Below are positions 20,501-29,824 of a stretch of DNA of 55,184 nucleotides, in pieces; position 1 is the stretch's first letter, and the number at the start of each line of letters is the position of its first letter. This DNA comes from Phycisphaeraceae bacterium. GTDB taxonomy: Bacteria > Planctomycetota > Phycisphaerae > Phycisphaerales > Zrk34. Below the pieces are notes generated by a model. The model saw nothing but the letters and a program-made list of their open reading frames with translations, searched no databases and was not told the DNA's origin. The DNA is taken from positions 1 through 55,184 of the forward strand of contig JBBDRF010000015.1 in the NCBI GenBank assembly GCA_040905565.1. The letters run 5' to 3'. Position numbers and translations under genes: made by a program.

Positions 20501-21100
20501 GATGCGTGAGTAGTTGAAAACGCCGTGGAGGCCGTAGAGCCAGCCGTCGGGTCCCCATGTGAAGGAATTGGGAAGTTCGTGCGTGTCGTTGCGGTCGAAG
20601 CCGGTGACGATGACTTCGGATTTGTCAGCTTTGCCGTCGCCAGTGGTATCCTGCAGAAAGAGGATGTCCGGAGCGTTCGCGACCCAGACGCCGCCGTGGC
20701 CAACGGCGATGCCGGAGGGGATGTTGAGCCCTTCCGCAAAAGTGGTCACGGAATCGACCTTGCCGTCTCCGTTCGTATCTTCCAGTACGCGGATGCGGTC
20801 GCGACCGGGGCCAGGCTCATTGCGTGGGTACTCGATACTTTCGATCACCCAGAAGCGACCTTTTTCGTCGATCGTCATACCGACGGGGTTGATCACGTCG
20901 GGCTCTGCAGCGACGAGTTCGACTTCGAAGCCATCCGGGCCTTCCATTTTTGCTTGAGCTTCCTCGGGGGTCAGCGCTGCGCCCGGTGCGACCTCCTGCC
21001 CATGAGGGATGACTTCGTCAGCGGCGTTGACGGCGGCCAGCCCCGCCACCGTCAATGCCATTGTGATGCCCGCGAGAAACCACGCACCTGTCAGCTTCAT
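17513..21100 (-). CDS. PVC-type heme-binding CxxCH protein (putative dehydrogenase beta-propeller, HEAT-like repeats, cytochrome c)
   Basis: FEVELVAAEPDVINPVGMTIDEKGRFWV, WGPDGWLYG, EGTSNPWG, CAACH..GPDLT, SFMPEGL. Confidence 0.9.
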   Translation of the reverse strand: MKLTGAWFLAGITMALTVAGLAAVNAADEVIPHGQEVAPGAALTPEEAQAKMEGPDGFEVELVAAEPDVINPVGMTIDEKGRFWVIESIEYPRNEPGPGRDRIRVLEDTNGDGKVDSVTTFAEGLNIPSGIAVGHGGVWVANAPDILFLQDTTGDGKADKSEVIVTGFDRNDTHELPNSFTWGPDGWLYGLHGVFNYSRIHQGDETFDFSAAIFRIHPVTHEFQLFAEGTSNPWGLAFDAEGNMFISACVIDHLWHITESGYYVRQAGTYPPFTWRIESIVDHRHQMAAYAGLVYLDSDAYPEPYRDALFMGNIHGGAINHDVLQRRGSTYQATPREDFLQANDPWFMPVSQSVGPDGLLYVLDWYDRYHCYQDARRDPEGVNRTHGRIWRLRHSDSPSPDGPFPDMGELSDDQLITHLASRNVYHRETAQRLLAERLISSEADAGTRDKLQHLALEDDTDHKTRMHAIFSLVSSFELDRDFHLAMLEHDVDSVRTWGVRAAGNFADDLDPAIHERVLTMTNDGSPDVKLQLAIAATKLQGRDAVESLAQVLGHAGDDPLIPQIVWANLHPLLADGAPRFLESIEEFDLRESPGLRAVMPRVAERLLAVEDIESEVLASLVRICIEQGLNSEARDTLAALAQRVRTGEVRDDRLARVRQHVEPVLEPILTGEPDHPLYFNAAVTAATWRHASAMSAMHTLARDGSASAEHRVAALEALVTGGAEDTRELAESLLSARDNVPHPLKLGVIRILSRVDSPDVGVAIVAGWDTYDSASRVLAIETLTQRTAWSLALLDAVAEGTVPQQQLNLNQIRSLIATGDDQLRKRVEEVYGQVREQRNPDRERVVAEVTQLAQRLPGDPKRGRAVFGQSCAACHTIYEEGTPLGPDLTVNGRSSFEQIVSNVFDPNLVINTGYRLNIVTTESGRVVAGMITEENDQRIVIQMIGGQEEVIARDKVHDIATSPVSFMPEGLENAMTDQQIVDLLAFLSLTQPPDHPDAILAPGTPIVSGLDPDRIQIPDSVANLLVHADYASNIPDRGEARRGEIGDMIWDPTAGRFMRETEWHEFGVGFGEDLGVIEEDEALYWQAEWDQTVQANLMVFTGTYPNQPQEQTAWKIEIRVDGVWVTHDQGVGGWINSQRYVWGGAGIPPIAFDALRISVFSSDDETPVVSVSFRGEERVSWLVANVVDSSTSLER

Positions 21101-21257
21101 AGATTCTGCCTTGCCTGGGATCGAGGAAGTCTAAGTAAGATACCACAGAGCGGGGCGCGCCAGTAGACATGTGTTCTGTGTGTTGCAGATTTCGCTTCAT
21201 TCGCCTACCAAGGAGAAACAGATGTATGGAATTTGCAACTTATCCTGGAGCGACTGA

Positions 21258-22700
21258 ATGAGCGTCAAGTGTCTCATCGCATGCGTCACTCTCATCGCTT
21301 TGAGCGCGGGAATGCCAGGCGTCCACACGCTGTCCGCCTCCGACGGCTCCGACGGAAACGATCGGAACGGCGACCCACCCAACATCGTGCTTATCTACAC
21401 CGATGATATGGGCTTTGGCGAGCTGAGCAGCTACAACGCAGAAGATCTTCGCACGCCTCGTCTCGATCAGATGGCCGACGAAGGCGTGAGGTTCACCAAC
21501 TTCTACAACTCCTCCTCCGCCTGCTCAACCTCCCGCGGCGCGCTCCTTACCGGCTCATACCACCAGCGACTGAGCGTTCGAACTGTGTTCAGTCCCCAGT
21601 CCGACCGAGGTTTGAATCCTGATGAAATTACCCTGGGCGACATGCTCAGCGAAGCCGGCTTCACGACTGCCGCCATCGGCAAATGGCACCTGGGCAACGC
21701 CCCGAACCTCCGCCCCAACGCGCAGGGCTTCGACCTCTTCTACGGCATCCCCGTCTCCCACGACTACAACTATCCCGACGGAAAGGGCATGCCCTTCTAT
21801 GAAAACGAACGGATCATTGACAGGCAGATTCCCGATGAGCTTTACACACAGCGTCTGACCGACCGGGCAATCACGTTCATCGAGGACAACAGGGACGACC
21901 CCTTCTTTGTTTACCTCGCTTACCCTATGCCCCACGTGCCCCTGGCCGTGACCGACCGCTTCAAAGATCGCTCCCAACGCGGCCTCTACGGCGACGTCAT
22001 GGAGGAACTCGATCACAACGTCGGCCGCATCCTCGATACGCTCGAAGAACACGACCTGGACGACAACACCATCGTGCTGTTCCTTTCCGACAACGGGCCG
22101 TGGGGTTCCTATGGCAACCACGCGGGCCTCACCGGCGGGCTGCGTGGAGGCAAGCGCAATACCTTCGAGGGAGGCGTGCGCACGCCGATGATCGCCTGGG
22201 GCCCGGGGCATGTTCGCTCCGGCGTTGTCGAGGACGCGCCCGCCATGACCATCGACTTGTTTCCCACCTTCGCGCACCTGGCGGGCGGTCAGATTCCCGA
22301 CGATCGCGTGGTTGACGGCATCGACATCCGCTCGCTTCTGCTGGACGGGCGTTACCCGTCGGTGGATCCGAATCGGCCGCTGATGTTCTACGACTACTCC
22401 TCCAACCGTCTGTTCTCGATGCGGATGGGCCCGTGGAAACTCCACTTCCCCCATCGCCACCAGATCGTGGACAGAGAGGGTCACGACGGCAAGCGCGGCA
22501 GCTACCGATGGGAAAACATCGGCCTCTCCCTGTACAACCTCGACGATGACCCACCCGAGACCGAAAACTTAGCCGGTGCACACCCCGAGGTCGTCAATCA
22601 GATGCAGCAGATCGCCGACCAGTACCGCAACGATCTGGGCGATGCGTTGCAGGACATCTCCCCCGGCCCCAACGTCCGCCCGCTGGGCACCGCCGAGTAG
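21258..22700 (+). CDS. Sulfatase (arylsulfatase-like)
   Basis: PNIVLIYTDDMG, CSTSRGALLTG, IGKWHLG, MPHVP, SDNGPW, GGKRNTFEGGVRTP. Confidence 0.93.
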   Translation: MSVKCLIACVTLIALSAGMPGVHTLSASDGSDGNDRNGDPPNIVLIYTDDMGFGELSSYNAEDLRTPRLDQMADEGVRFTNFYNSSSACSTSRGALLTGSYHQRLSVRTVFSPQSDRGLNPDEITLGDMLSEAGFTTAAIGKWHLGNAPNLRPNAQGFDLFYGIPVSHDYNYPDGKGMPFYENERIIDRQIPDELYTQRLTDRAITFIEDNRDDPFFVYLAYPMPHVPLAVTDRFKDRSQRGLYGDVMEELDHNVGRILDTLEEHDLDDNTIVLFLSDNGPWGSYGNHAGLTGGLRGGKRNTFEGGVRTPMIAWGPGHVRSGVVEDAPAMTIDLFPTFAHLAGGQIPDDRVVDGIDIRSLLLDGRYPSVDPNRPLMFYDYSSNRLFSMRMGPWKLHFPHRHQIVDREGHDGKRGSYRWENIGLSLYNLDDDPPETENLAGAHPEVVNQMQQIADQYRNDLGDALQDISPGPNVRPLGTAE

Positions 22701-22826
22701 CTGCCTCATCAGCATCGCGCAGTTATGGGACCGTAATCCTGCTTGAGTGTGATCTGGCACGCGAGTGCTCTTCGGCTGCGCTTTCGCCTCCGGCCCACGC
22801 CGAGGCACCATGATTGCCGGGTGAAA

Positions 22827-22856
22827 GTTCGCTGGGGGCTTTCGCCCCCGGCGAAC
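22827..22856. terminator. Strong hairpin between convergent genes
   Basis: GTTCGCTGGGGGC-TTTC-GCCCCCGGCGAAC forms a 13-bp stem with one G-U pair. There is no clear U tract. Confidence 0.5.
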
Positions 22857-22872
22857 GCATGCGTAGGTGGTG

Positions 22873-24360
22873 TTACGCGTGGTGTCGACGCGGGCGGCGA
22901 CTCCCTGCGAAGGTGGCGGCGAGGACGACGAGTGCTGCGGTTGTCGGTTCAGGAATGGGGACGGTGTAGATGCCGGCCCGTCCTTCGAGGATGCCGTCGG
23001 GGTCTTCCATCCTGGCGGAGAAGGCGAGCGTGCCGCCAGCCAGGCCGTCGCGCTCGAGGCCGAGTTCGGTGATGAGGAATCCATCGAGTTCCGGTTCGAG
23101 TAATCCGGCGTTGTCGGTGGTGTCGAGAATCTTCGTGAGTGTGTCGTCGATAAGGGCGTAGAGACCGACGAGATCATCGGGGCCCTTGCCAAGGAAAGCG
23201 ACGACCTCGCTATCCGCGGCGAGGAACGAGGAGATGCGGAGTTCGCCTTCGTTTTCGCCGCCCATCCGGATGCTTTCGAATTCGAACGAAGTGAAGGTAT
23301 CGGAGGATCCCGGGATGAGGGTCTCAAGGTCGGCTACGGTTGAGAGATCGTCGGTGTCGACGTCGTACTGGTAGATGCCCTGCTCTCCGCTGTCGCTGTA
23401 GGCGTTGAAGGCGATGGTGCCGCCGTCAAAGCTGATGGCTTCACCGATGCGTGCGAAGGCGCCGGTGCCGTTGGGGATGCTGTCGCCGATTGAGACGAGG
23501 CTCTGTACGGAGAAAGGGATGTCGGCTGCTGAGCGGTCGGCGAGCATGAGGCCGCCGAGTGTGGGATTCTCTTCGTCATCGACGCCCCGGAACGCGACGA
23601 GATTTTCATCGACGCTGGGCGGGGAGGTGCTGCCGAAGGGCGTGGTGGTGCCGGGAATATTCTGATTGGTACCGGTGACGAGCTGGACGGGGCCGTCGTT
23701 GACGACATCGCGGAAATAGATGCCGGTGGCTTCGTCGCCGCCCTCTTCCTCCTCGCTCAGGTTGCCTTTGAAGATGATGGTCCCGTCGACGATGTCTGGA
23801 GCGCCGGGGAATTGGCCGAAAACTACCGTGTTATCGGGTGGTACCGTGAAGGTGCGGTTGACGCCGGTTGTGAGGACGCCGGGGGCGTTGGTATAGACAC
23901 CAGCATTGCCACCGCCTTCGGGAACGATGGGCGGAGACATGCCGCGGAAGACGACTGATCCGTCATCGATTCGCGGGAATGAGGGGAAACGCCTGAAGGT
24001 GACATCGGCGAGTTCGCTGTCGGGAACGGGTGTGTTGCTGTCAGCGATGAGGTTGATGGGGCCGAGGATGGCCATGTCGCGTGTGTAGATGCCTTCGAGT
24101 TGGCCGGGGTCGAGGGGGCCGTGCCCGACGCCCCTGGTTCTGCCGCGAAAAACGACAAGTTGATTCTCGTCGATGGAGGGCGGATTGAAGCTGTTGAAGA
24201 TTCGCTCGGGGTCGGTGCCCGGCATTGCGTCTTCGCTGTTCACGACTTTCTGGAAGTTCCACCAAGAGTTGGCTTCGGCATGCGGTGCCGCGAGGCTGAT
24301 GCATGCAGCAGTGCCTGCTATTGCGGTGGCTGTACGGAAACGGCTGATCCATCTGGACAT
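22873..24360 (-). CDS. Acidic secreted repeat (probable beta-propeller) protein with PEP-CTERM signal
   Basis: Signal peptide; repeated P-S-I-D..V-[AV]-F-R-G..G-[IV]-Y units; C-terminal IPEPTTAALVVLAA..RRPRR. Confidence 0.85.
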   Translation of the reverse strand: MSRWISRFRTATAIAGTAACISLAAPHAEANSWWNFQKVVNSEDAMPGTDPERIFNSFNPPSIDENQLVVFRGRTRGVGHGPLDPGQLEGIYTRDMAILGPINLIADSNTPVPDSELADVTFRRFPSFPRIDDGSVVFRGMSPPIVPEGGGNAGVYTNAPGVLTTGVNRTFTVPPDNTVVFGQFPGAPDIVDGTIIFKGNLSEEEEGGDEATGIYFRDVVNDGPVQLVTGTNQNIPGTTTPFGSTSPPSVDENLVAFRGVDDEENPTLGGLMLADRSAADIPFSVQSLVSIGDSIPNGTGAFARIGEAISFDGGTIAFNAYSDSGEQGIYQYDVDTDDLSTVADLETLIPGSSDTFTSFEFESIRMGGENEGELRISSFLAADSEVVAFLGKGPDDLVGLYALIDDTLTKILDTTDNAGLLEPELDGFLITELGLERDGLAGGTLAFSARMEDPDGILEGRAGIYTVPIPEPTTAALVVLAATFAGSRRPRRHHA

Positions 24361-24777
24361 AATTTCCCCCCTTGGACGATGTTGGTTACAAGCTGCTCGT
24401 TGCAGCTTCTTCTTGTGGCCATACTAGGCCATGCATCAGGGTGTCATGCTGAGGCAATTCCCGTTGTGCGGCGGGGGAAACGTCCGGGTCCCTCGTATAT
24501 GTCAAGAATTTGCCTACACGTTTAACGCTTCGAACGACGCATCTCTCCGCGGACGGTGTTGAGAGGCGGTCACTGAGCGGGGGCTGATGATGCCAGAGTC
24601 GGCCGGGGCGGCCTCAACGTCCCCCGGCAACAATCGGCATCGCGCTTATCTGAGGTTGAGGGAGCCGTCGTACGTCGCTTACTGCCTTCCGCTGGATCGA
24701 CGTCGCTTTTGCTTGAATCAGAGAGGGCACGGCGGCGTCGAAAAGCTCAAGGGGTCGCCGTAGGGATTGGTGTCCGA

Positions 24778-26991
24778 TCATTGCTCGGACAGTTCCGGCG
24801 GCAGCCAGACAGGCAGATGCTTGACCTGCTCTTTCGCAGCCTGGGAGATCGGCACGCGCCATGCATCAAAGAATGGGCCAAGGTTGCGACCGACGGCCTT
24901 GGAGAAGCGGACCATCCACTGATCGCGTTTTGCACTGTCGCTGCGTGGCCGTTCGCCATCGGGCAGGTCACGATACTCCCGGAACAGCGCTTTGTACGTC
25001 TCCCATCCGAAAGCACGTTGGAGTTGCACGTACATTTCCAAGGCGAGGAAGGGATCGCGTTTCCACTGGTCGAATTCGCCGTCGCCCTCGAGGTAGTTCC
25101 TCACACGGCGGCGATGGTTGGGCGTGTTGATGCGTGGGTGGTCGCCCGCGACGACGCCGTTGACCTTTTCGTAGACATAGAGCGTGAAGAGGTTGACGGT
25201 GACTTCGACGGTGCCATCGAAGGTCCACTCGGGGGACTGATGGTTGTGTCCGATTTCGTGATAGAAGCCCCAATTGCCGTCGTTTTTGAGGGTTTGGAGA
25301 TCGACGAATGCCCGCTGGACATCCATGTGCGTCATAATCGGATAGCCGGCGTGCATGTAGCCGACGCGCAGCTGGGCGTCGGGCACCAGCCTCTCGGGGC
25401 GACGGCGACCATTCAACTGCGCCAACTCAGCGCACGCGTCCATCACAGCGGACCAGTAGTCCATTAACTCGTGAGGGTTGTCCAGATCGCGGACCACCGA
25501 GGACGGAACGGTGAGGATGACTTGATCGTTGGCGAGTTCCGCCCAGGGGGCTGGCGCGTTGCGGATGGCGGTGCGCCAATCGCTGACGGACGTTTGGCCG
25601 TGCACGTAGTAGGGGGCTCGAACCGCGCCATCGATGCGCACCCGCACCTCAGTTGGGTCGGCGTTGCCGGGTACCTCGATGTAGATGAGCCCGCCGAATG
25701 GATTGGCGACTCGAACGGAGAGTTGATCGAGTAACGCCGTGCGATCGATCTCCGGATGCCGCTTCCATTCCGGAAGGTGCCAGAGGGCGTAACGGTGGGC
25801 GCCGATGCGGACCCGGAGTCCCACGTCAACCGCCTGCCTCGGGATGCGCACGCCGATTGTCGCCCCCGGCGATGCATAAAGTCCCGTGCTGTGCCAGTCG
25901 GGGATGGACGTATCGACCGCGATGGTTTTGCTGATGGTGCCGGCGTCCGCGGTCGGGAGGCCCGGGTAAACCTCGGCGCCGATGTGCGGCTTGATCTTGT
26001 CCAAGGGCAGATTCTGGGCGAGGTGGTGCTCCAGCGACAGACTCAGCCGCGCGATGCCGTTGTCGCCGGTGAGGGGATTGGTCTCGCTGGGGTACGCAAG
26101 ATCGTCGAGGTCGCCAAGGGCTTGCTGCATCCAGGCGACAAATTCGTCGGATGCTTGGACCGCATTGACCGCGGCGATGGCGGAGGCGCTGGCCTGCGCG
26201 AGATCGTCGCTGCTCATCGAAACGCTTTCGCGATGATTGGCGATGAGTGCTTCAACGGCGCGACGGCTGTGTGCGAGGTCCGTTCTCCTGCTGAGGTCGA
26301 GTTCGCCGTCGTGATGAGGGCCGGCCGTCGCCTCGGTGTAGGCGATGCCCGCGTGCCTGAGGATCTGATTGCCTTGATGGTCGTCGAGCGTTCCGCGGTT
26401 GATCTGGAGCCAGCCCCAGGGTGTATCAGCGATGAGCATTCCGCCGCCGCGCTGCAGGTGCTTTTCGAGCGTTCTGCGTTGGTCGGCATTCTCGATGGTG
26501 CTGCCGTGGAGGATGATGACGTCGGCTTCACGGGCGGCATCGGTGAGTGAGGGGGTTGCCACGGCGTCGAACGCCGCTTTACGCAGCCGGTCGGCCAGGG
26601 GCTTGTTGCGATAAGCGGCCACTCTTACCGTTGCCGCGTCGTCCTTGCCTGACGCCCACAGCACCGCCTGGTTGAGAAGTCTTGCTGTGTCGTCATGGTC
26701 GAACGCCCGAGCGTTGATGTAGTCTGTATGAGCGAATGCCACGACATGCCCCGTCCCGACCCCGCCAGCTGCCACGACAGGCACCTCCACGTCGCCCGAT
26801 CGACCGGTGGCGATGACCGCAGCATCCTCTCCGTAGACCGCAAGCGCTCCGGGTGTTCCCGGCGCGATGAGGCGGTTAATGTTCTCCCCGATTGCAGCCG
26901 CTCCGCCCGCGTTCGCTACGGAACAACCAAACATCGCGACGGTCATCAAAAGGCCGACGCAGAAAACAAGCCGCTGCGTGTTTATGGTCAT
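24778..26991 (-). CDS. Peptidase M60-family metalloprotease
   Basis: WHSTGLYASPG, NPFGGLIYI, APWAEL, GYMHAGYP, zinc motif HEIGH followed by EVTVN. ATG 26991 follows GGAG. Confidence 0.9.
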   Translation of the reverse strand: MTINTQRLVFCVGLLMTVAMFGCSVANAGGAAAIGENINRLIAPGTPGALAVYGEDAAVIATGRSGDVEVPVVAAGGVGTGHVVAFAHTDYINARAFDHDDTARLLNQAVLWASGKDDAATVRVAAYRNKPLADRLRKAAFDAVATPSLTDAAREADVIILHGSTIENADQRRTLEKHLQRGGGMLIADTPWGWLQINRGTLDDHQGNQILRHAGIAYTEATAGPHHDGELDLSRRTDLAHSRRAVEALIANHRESVSMSSDDLAQASASAIAAVNAVQASDEFVAWMQQALGDLDDLAYPSETNPLTGDNGIARLSLSLEHHLAQNLPLDKIKPHIGAEVYPGLPTADAGTISKTIAVDTSIPDWHSTGLYASPGATIGVRIPRQAVDVGLRVRIGAHRYALWHLPEWKRHPEIDRTALLDQLSVRVANPFGGLIYIEVPGNADPTEVRVRIDGAVRAPYYVHGQTSVSDWRTAIRNAPAPWAELANDQVILTVPSSVVRDLDNPHELMDYWSAVMDACAELAQLNGRRRPERLVPDAQLRVGYMHAGYPIMTHMDVQRAFVDLQTLKNDGNWGFYHEIGHNHQSPEWTFDGTVEVTVNLFTLYVYEKVNGVVAGDHPRINTPNHRRRVRNYLEGDGEFDQWKRDPFLALEMYVQLQRAFGWETYKALFREYRDLPDGERPRSDSAKRDQWMVRFSKAVGRNLGPFFDAWRVPISQAAKEQVKHLPVWLPPELSEQ

Positions 26992-27448
26992 GGTCGCTCC
27001 CACAGTTGTTTATTCAGCCGGGGCCGGGTCTAATCGCCTACAAGTTCATATCCAACCGCATACAGCCTCATAATATTGCATGAGGCGATGCATAGTTAGC
27101 AGAGATTCCTAGCCAGAGCCTATAACCTTTGCTCGCCCCTGACAACTTACCAATTGTTGTTTCGCCGTACTATAGAAGATGACTTGCATCGATAGACGTG
27201 CCGGACTATGTTCTGCCCCGCTGCGAGTGCAGAGGCCGCGCTGAGGGAGGCTGCGAGGCTTTTTGATGAAGTGGGCCGATGTGCCCACGCCCCCCGCGCG
27301 CCTAACCGATCAAAAAACGATGCTCTGTATAAGCTGGCTGAGAGGGCGCGTTTACAATGCCAGTCGCGTCGACAGTCAAAGTTTTTGTGCGTCAGGTGTA
27401 CAGTTTTTCGAGAGTGTCGACATCTATATATGAGAGCGACTCCCCCCA

Positions 27449-27967
27449 ATGGCCATGAACCATGAACAGATCGTCCAACGCCTCCTGGCCGACAGAACCC
27501 GCATTCTGGCGTTTGCGCGCGCGGTCGTTCGCAACGACGACCTTGCCGAGGACATCTTTCAGAGCGCATCTGTGGTGGCTTTACGCCGCGCTGATCAAGT
27601 AGATGCCGACGGTTTCTTGCCTTGGATGCGGCAGGTGGTGCGTTATCAGGCCATGAACGAGTTGCGTCAGCGTAACCGTCGGGCTGTAACATTAAGTTCG
27701 CAGGTTCTGGACAAATTGGAGCAGGATTGGGGCGAGACCGATGGCCGTGCGTCATCGCAGATTTCGCTTCATGCGGTTGATATTTGCATGAAGACATTGA
27801 CGGAGAACGCCCAGAACCTCATTCGCCTGCGCTATGCGGAGGACCTGAAGGCCGGACAGATTGCAAAGCTTCTGGACCGCAAGCTGAACGCGGTTTACGT
27901 CGCTCTGACACGCATCCACCGCGCCCTTGCCGAATGCATTAGAAGTCAACTGGCCCGTCAAAGTTGA
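27449..27967 (+). CDS. ECF sigma-70 factor (planctomycete/verrucomicrobial type)
   Basis: AEDIFQ and FLPWMRQVVRY in region 2; LIRLRY..IAKLL..VYVALTRIHRALAECI in region 4. Confidence 0.9.
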   Translation: MAMNHEQIVQRLLADRTRILAFARAVVRNDDLAEDIFQSASVVALRRADQVDADGFLPWMRQVVRYQAMNELRQRNRRAVTLSSQVLDKLEQDWGETDGRASSQISLHAVDICMKTLTENAQNLIRLRYAEDLKAGQIAKLLDRKLNAVYVALTRIHRALAECIRSQLARQS

Positions 27968-27979
27968 TCACGGAAGCCT

Positions 27980-29779
27980 ATGCCCGACGGACCAGAAAAA
28001 CTGAACATGGATGAGCTGGCGACGCTGATCATGTGCTATCTGGAGGATCACGCATCGCCTGAACAGGTGGCGCGACTGGAGGTGTTGCTCGATCGCGATC
28101 CCGCGGCGCGCGAGATGCTGATCAGCCTTTCAACGCTTCAAGCCACCCTGCAGGAGAAGTATCGGCTCGACGGGAGCCAGATGCTCCTGGACGAGGAGAC
28201 CAGCGAGGCGGTGTGGACGCACCTCATCCGCGAGGAACACCAAGCATCGCCGCTGCCGACGCAGGTGGGGGATGATCGTTCCTACAGCAACATCGTTCAA
28301 CGGAAAAACCGGAGCGGGGGCCAGGAACTTGGGGAGGCGGAAGCTTCCGAGGCTGGGCCGAATGCGATGGTGTTCCAGATCGGTGGGATGCAGGTCTACC
28401 GCCACGCTGGCGAGCGTCGGTCCGGCGGCTTCCGATGGCGCCGGTTCGCCGTCGCCGCTGCCGTCCTTCTGGCGGCGCTCTTTTACCTGATGCCTCCCAC
28501 TCAGCCGGAGCGGACGACAGCGCCGACCAGGCCGCCGGTGGTCGCCACGCTGACACAACAGAACCAGGCCGTCTGGGCCGACTCCGATCAGTTCAAACGC
28601 GACGGGGCCACACTACATACCGGGGCGGTGCGACTGGCGAGCGGTTTCGCCGAGATCACCATGGCCCGCGGTGCGACGATCCTGCTGCAGGGGCCGTGCG
28701 AGGTGGTGCTCAAAGATGACAATGCCGTCTCCCTCGATCGAGGCAGGCTTTCGGCTTTGGTGCCGGAGGAGGCGAGGCTTTTCACGGTGAAAACGCCAAC
28801 GGTAGACGTCGTCGACTTCGGCACGGCATTCGGCGTAGAGGTCGACAGAGAGGGATCGACGCAGGCCGCTGTCTTCGATGGGCTCGTCGAGTTGCAGCAA
28901 ACGAACGCCGACGCAGGCGATTCCCAGCGAACCGTGAGGCTCGCACTGCACAGCGGGACCACCGCACGCGTCGGCATCGACCGCGTGATCCCGACCGCGG
29001 CGGAGGCTCTTGCGGATCACGATTTGTTCTTCGTAAGGCAGATGCCTCTGACGCAGCGTGAGGTGGACATTCTCGCCAGCGCCCCCTCGGTATTCGTACC
29101 GTTCGCACGCCGTCGCGGAGATCAGATGTGGACGCTTTTCAGTACCAGGCCCGTAGAGACCATCGCGCGGGGGGCCGTCGGCGCAGCCGCCGCTCCCCAT
29201 ATCGGGGGTGAGGTTGAGGCGCTCTGGTTGGACGGCACCGACGGCACAATCGCGTTGGAAGGTTCGCAGCGGCTGGTATGGGACAACGGCGTCACGATTG
29301 CTGCGTGGGTGAACATTCCCGCGGATACCGGACGTTTGATGCGCATTATTTCCAATTGCGACGGCGACCGGGGCTTCGGCCTGGCTGTGAATGATTCGGC
29401 TCGCCTCGGCAATGATAAATCCAACATGCTGATGTTTACGTTCTTCGGCATTCTGGACGTGCACTGCGATCAGTCGGTGCCGTCTGACCGCTGGGTTCAC
29501 GTCGCGGCTGTGGCCACGCCGGGCATGCAGGTGCAGTTCTACATTGACGGCGAGCCCGTCTCGGGGACCAACGTCGGTGAGGCGACCGCCCAGCAGGCGA
29601 CGCTTCGGACGCCGATGCCGTTGACGGTCGGACGGAACCCCGCCGACCTTGCCGCGCCCGAAGATTACTGGGAGGGCGGGATCCAGGAGCTCGTTCTCTT
29701 CACGAAAGCCCTATCGAATGATCAGGTCGCCAGCCTCTACGACTCCGCCGAGGCGTTCGGCGGCGAGCTTGATCCTTAA
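27980..29779 (+). CDS. FecR-type anti-sigma factor with C-terminal LamG-like domain
   Basis: N-terminal anti-sigma helix, one TM segment (RRFAVAAAVLLAALF), FecR motif FTVKTP..VVDFGTAFGV..VFDGLVEL, LamG motif WVHVAAV..FYIDG. Confidence 0.88.
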   Translation: MPDGPEKLNMDELATLIMCYLEDHASPEQVARLEVLLDRDPAAREMLISLSTLQATLQEKYRLDGSQMLLDEETSEAVWTHLIREEHQASPLPTQVGDDRSYSNIVQRKNRSGGQELGEAEASEAGPNAMVFQIGGMQVYRHAGERRSGGFRWRRFAVAAAVLLAALFYLMPPTQPERTTAPTRPPVVATLTQQNQAVWADSDQFKRDGATLHTGAVRLASGFAEITMARGATILLQGPCEVVLKDDNAVSLDRGRLSALVPEEARLFTVKTPTVDVVDFGTAFGVEVDREGSTQAAVFDGLVELQQTNADAGDSQRTVRLALHSGTTARVGIDRVIPTAAEALADHDLFFVRQMPLTQREVDILASAPSVFVPFARRRGDQMWTLFSTRPVETIARGAVGAAAAPHIGGEVEALWLDGTDGTIALEGSQRLVWDNGVTIAAWVNIPADTGRLMRIISNCDGDRGFGLAVNDSARLGNDKSNMLMFTFFGILDVHCDQSVPSDRWVHVAAVATPGMQVQFYIDGEPVSGTNVGEATAQQATLRTPMPLTVGRNPADLAAPEDYWEGGIQELVLFTKALSNDQVASLYDSAEAFGGELDP

Positions 29780-29824
29780 AAACTGTTCGCACTACTCAAC
29801 ACCATAAGATCCAGGAGATCTATT

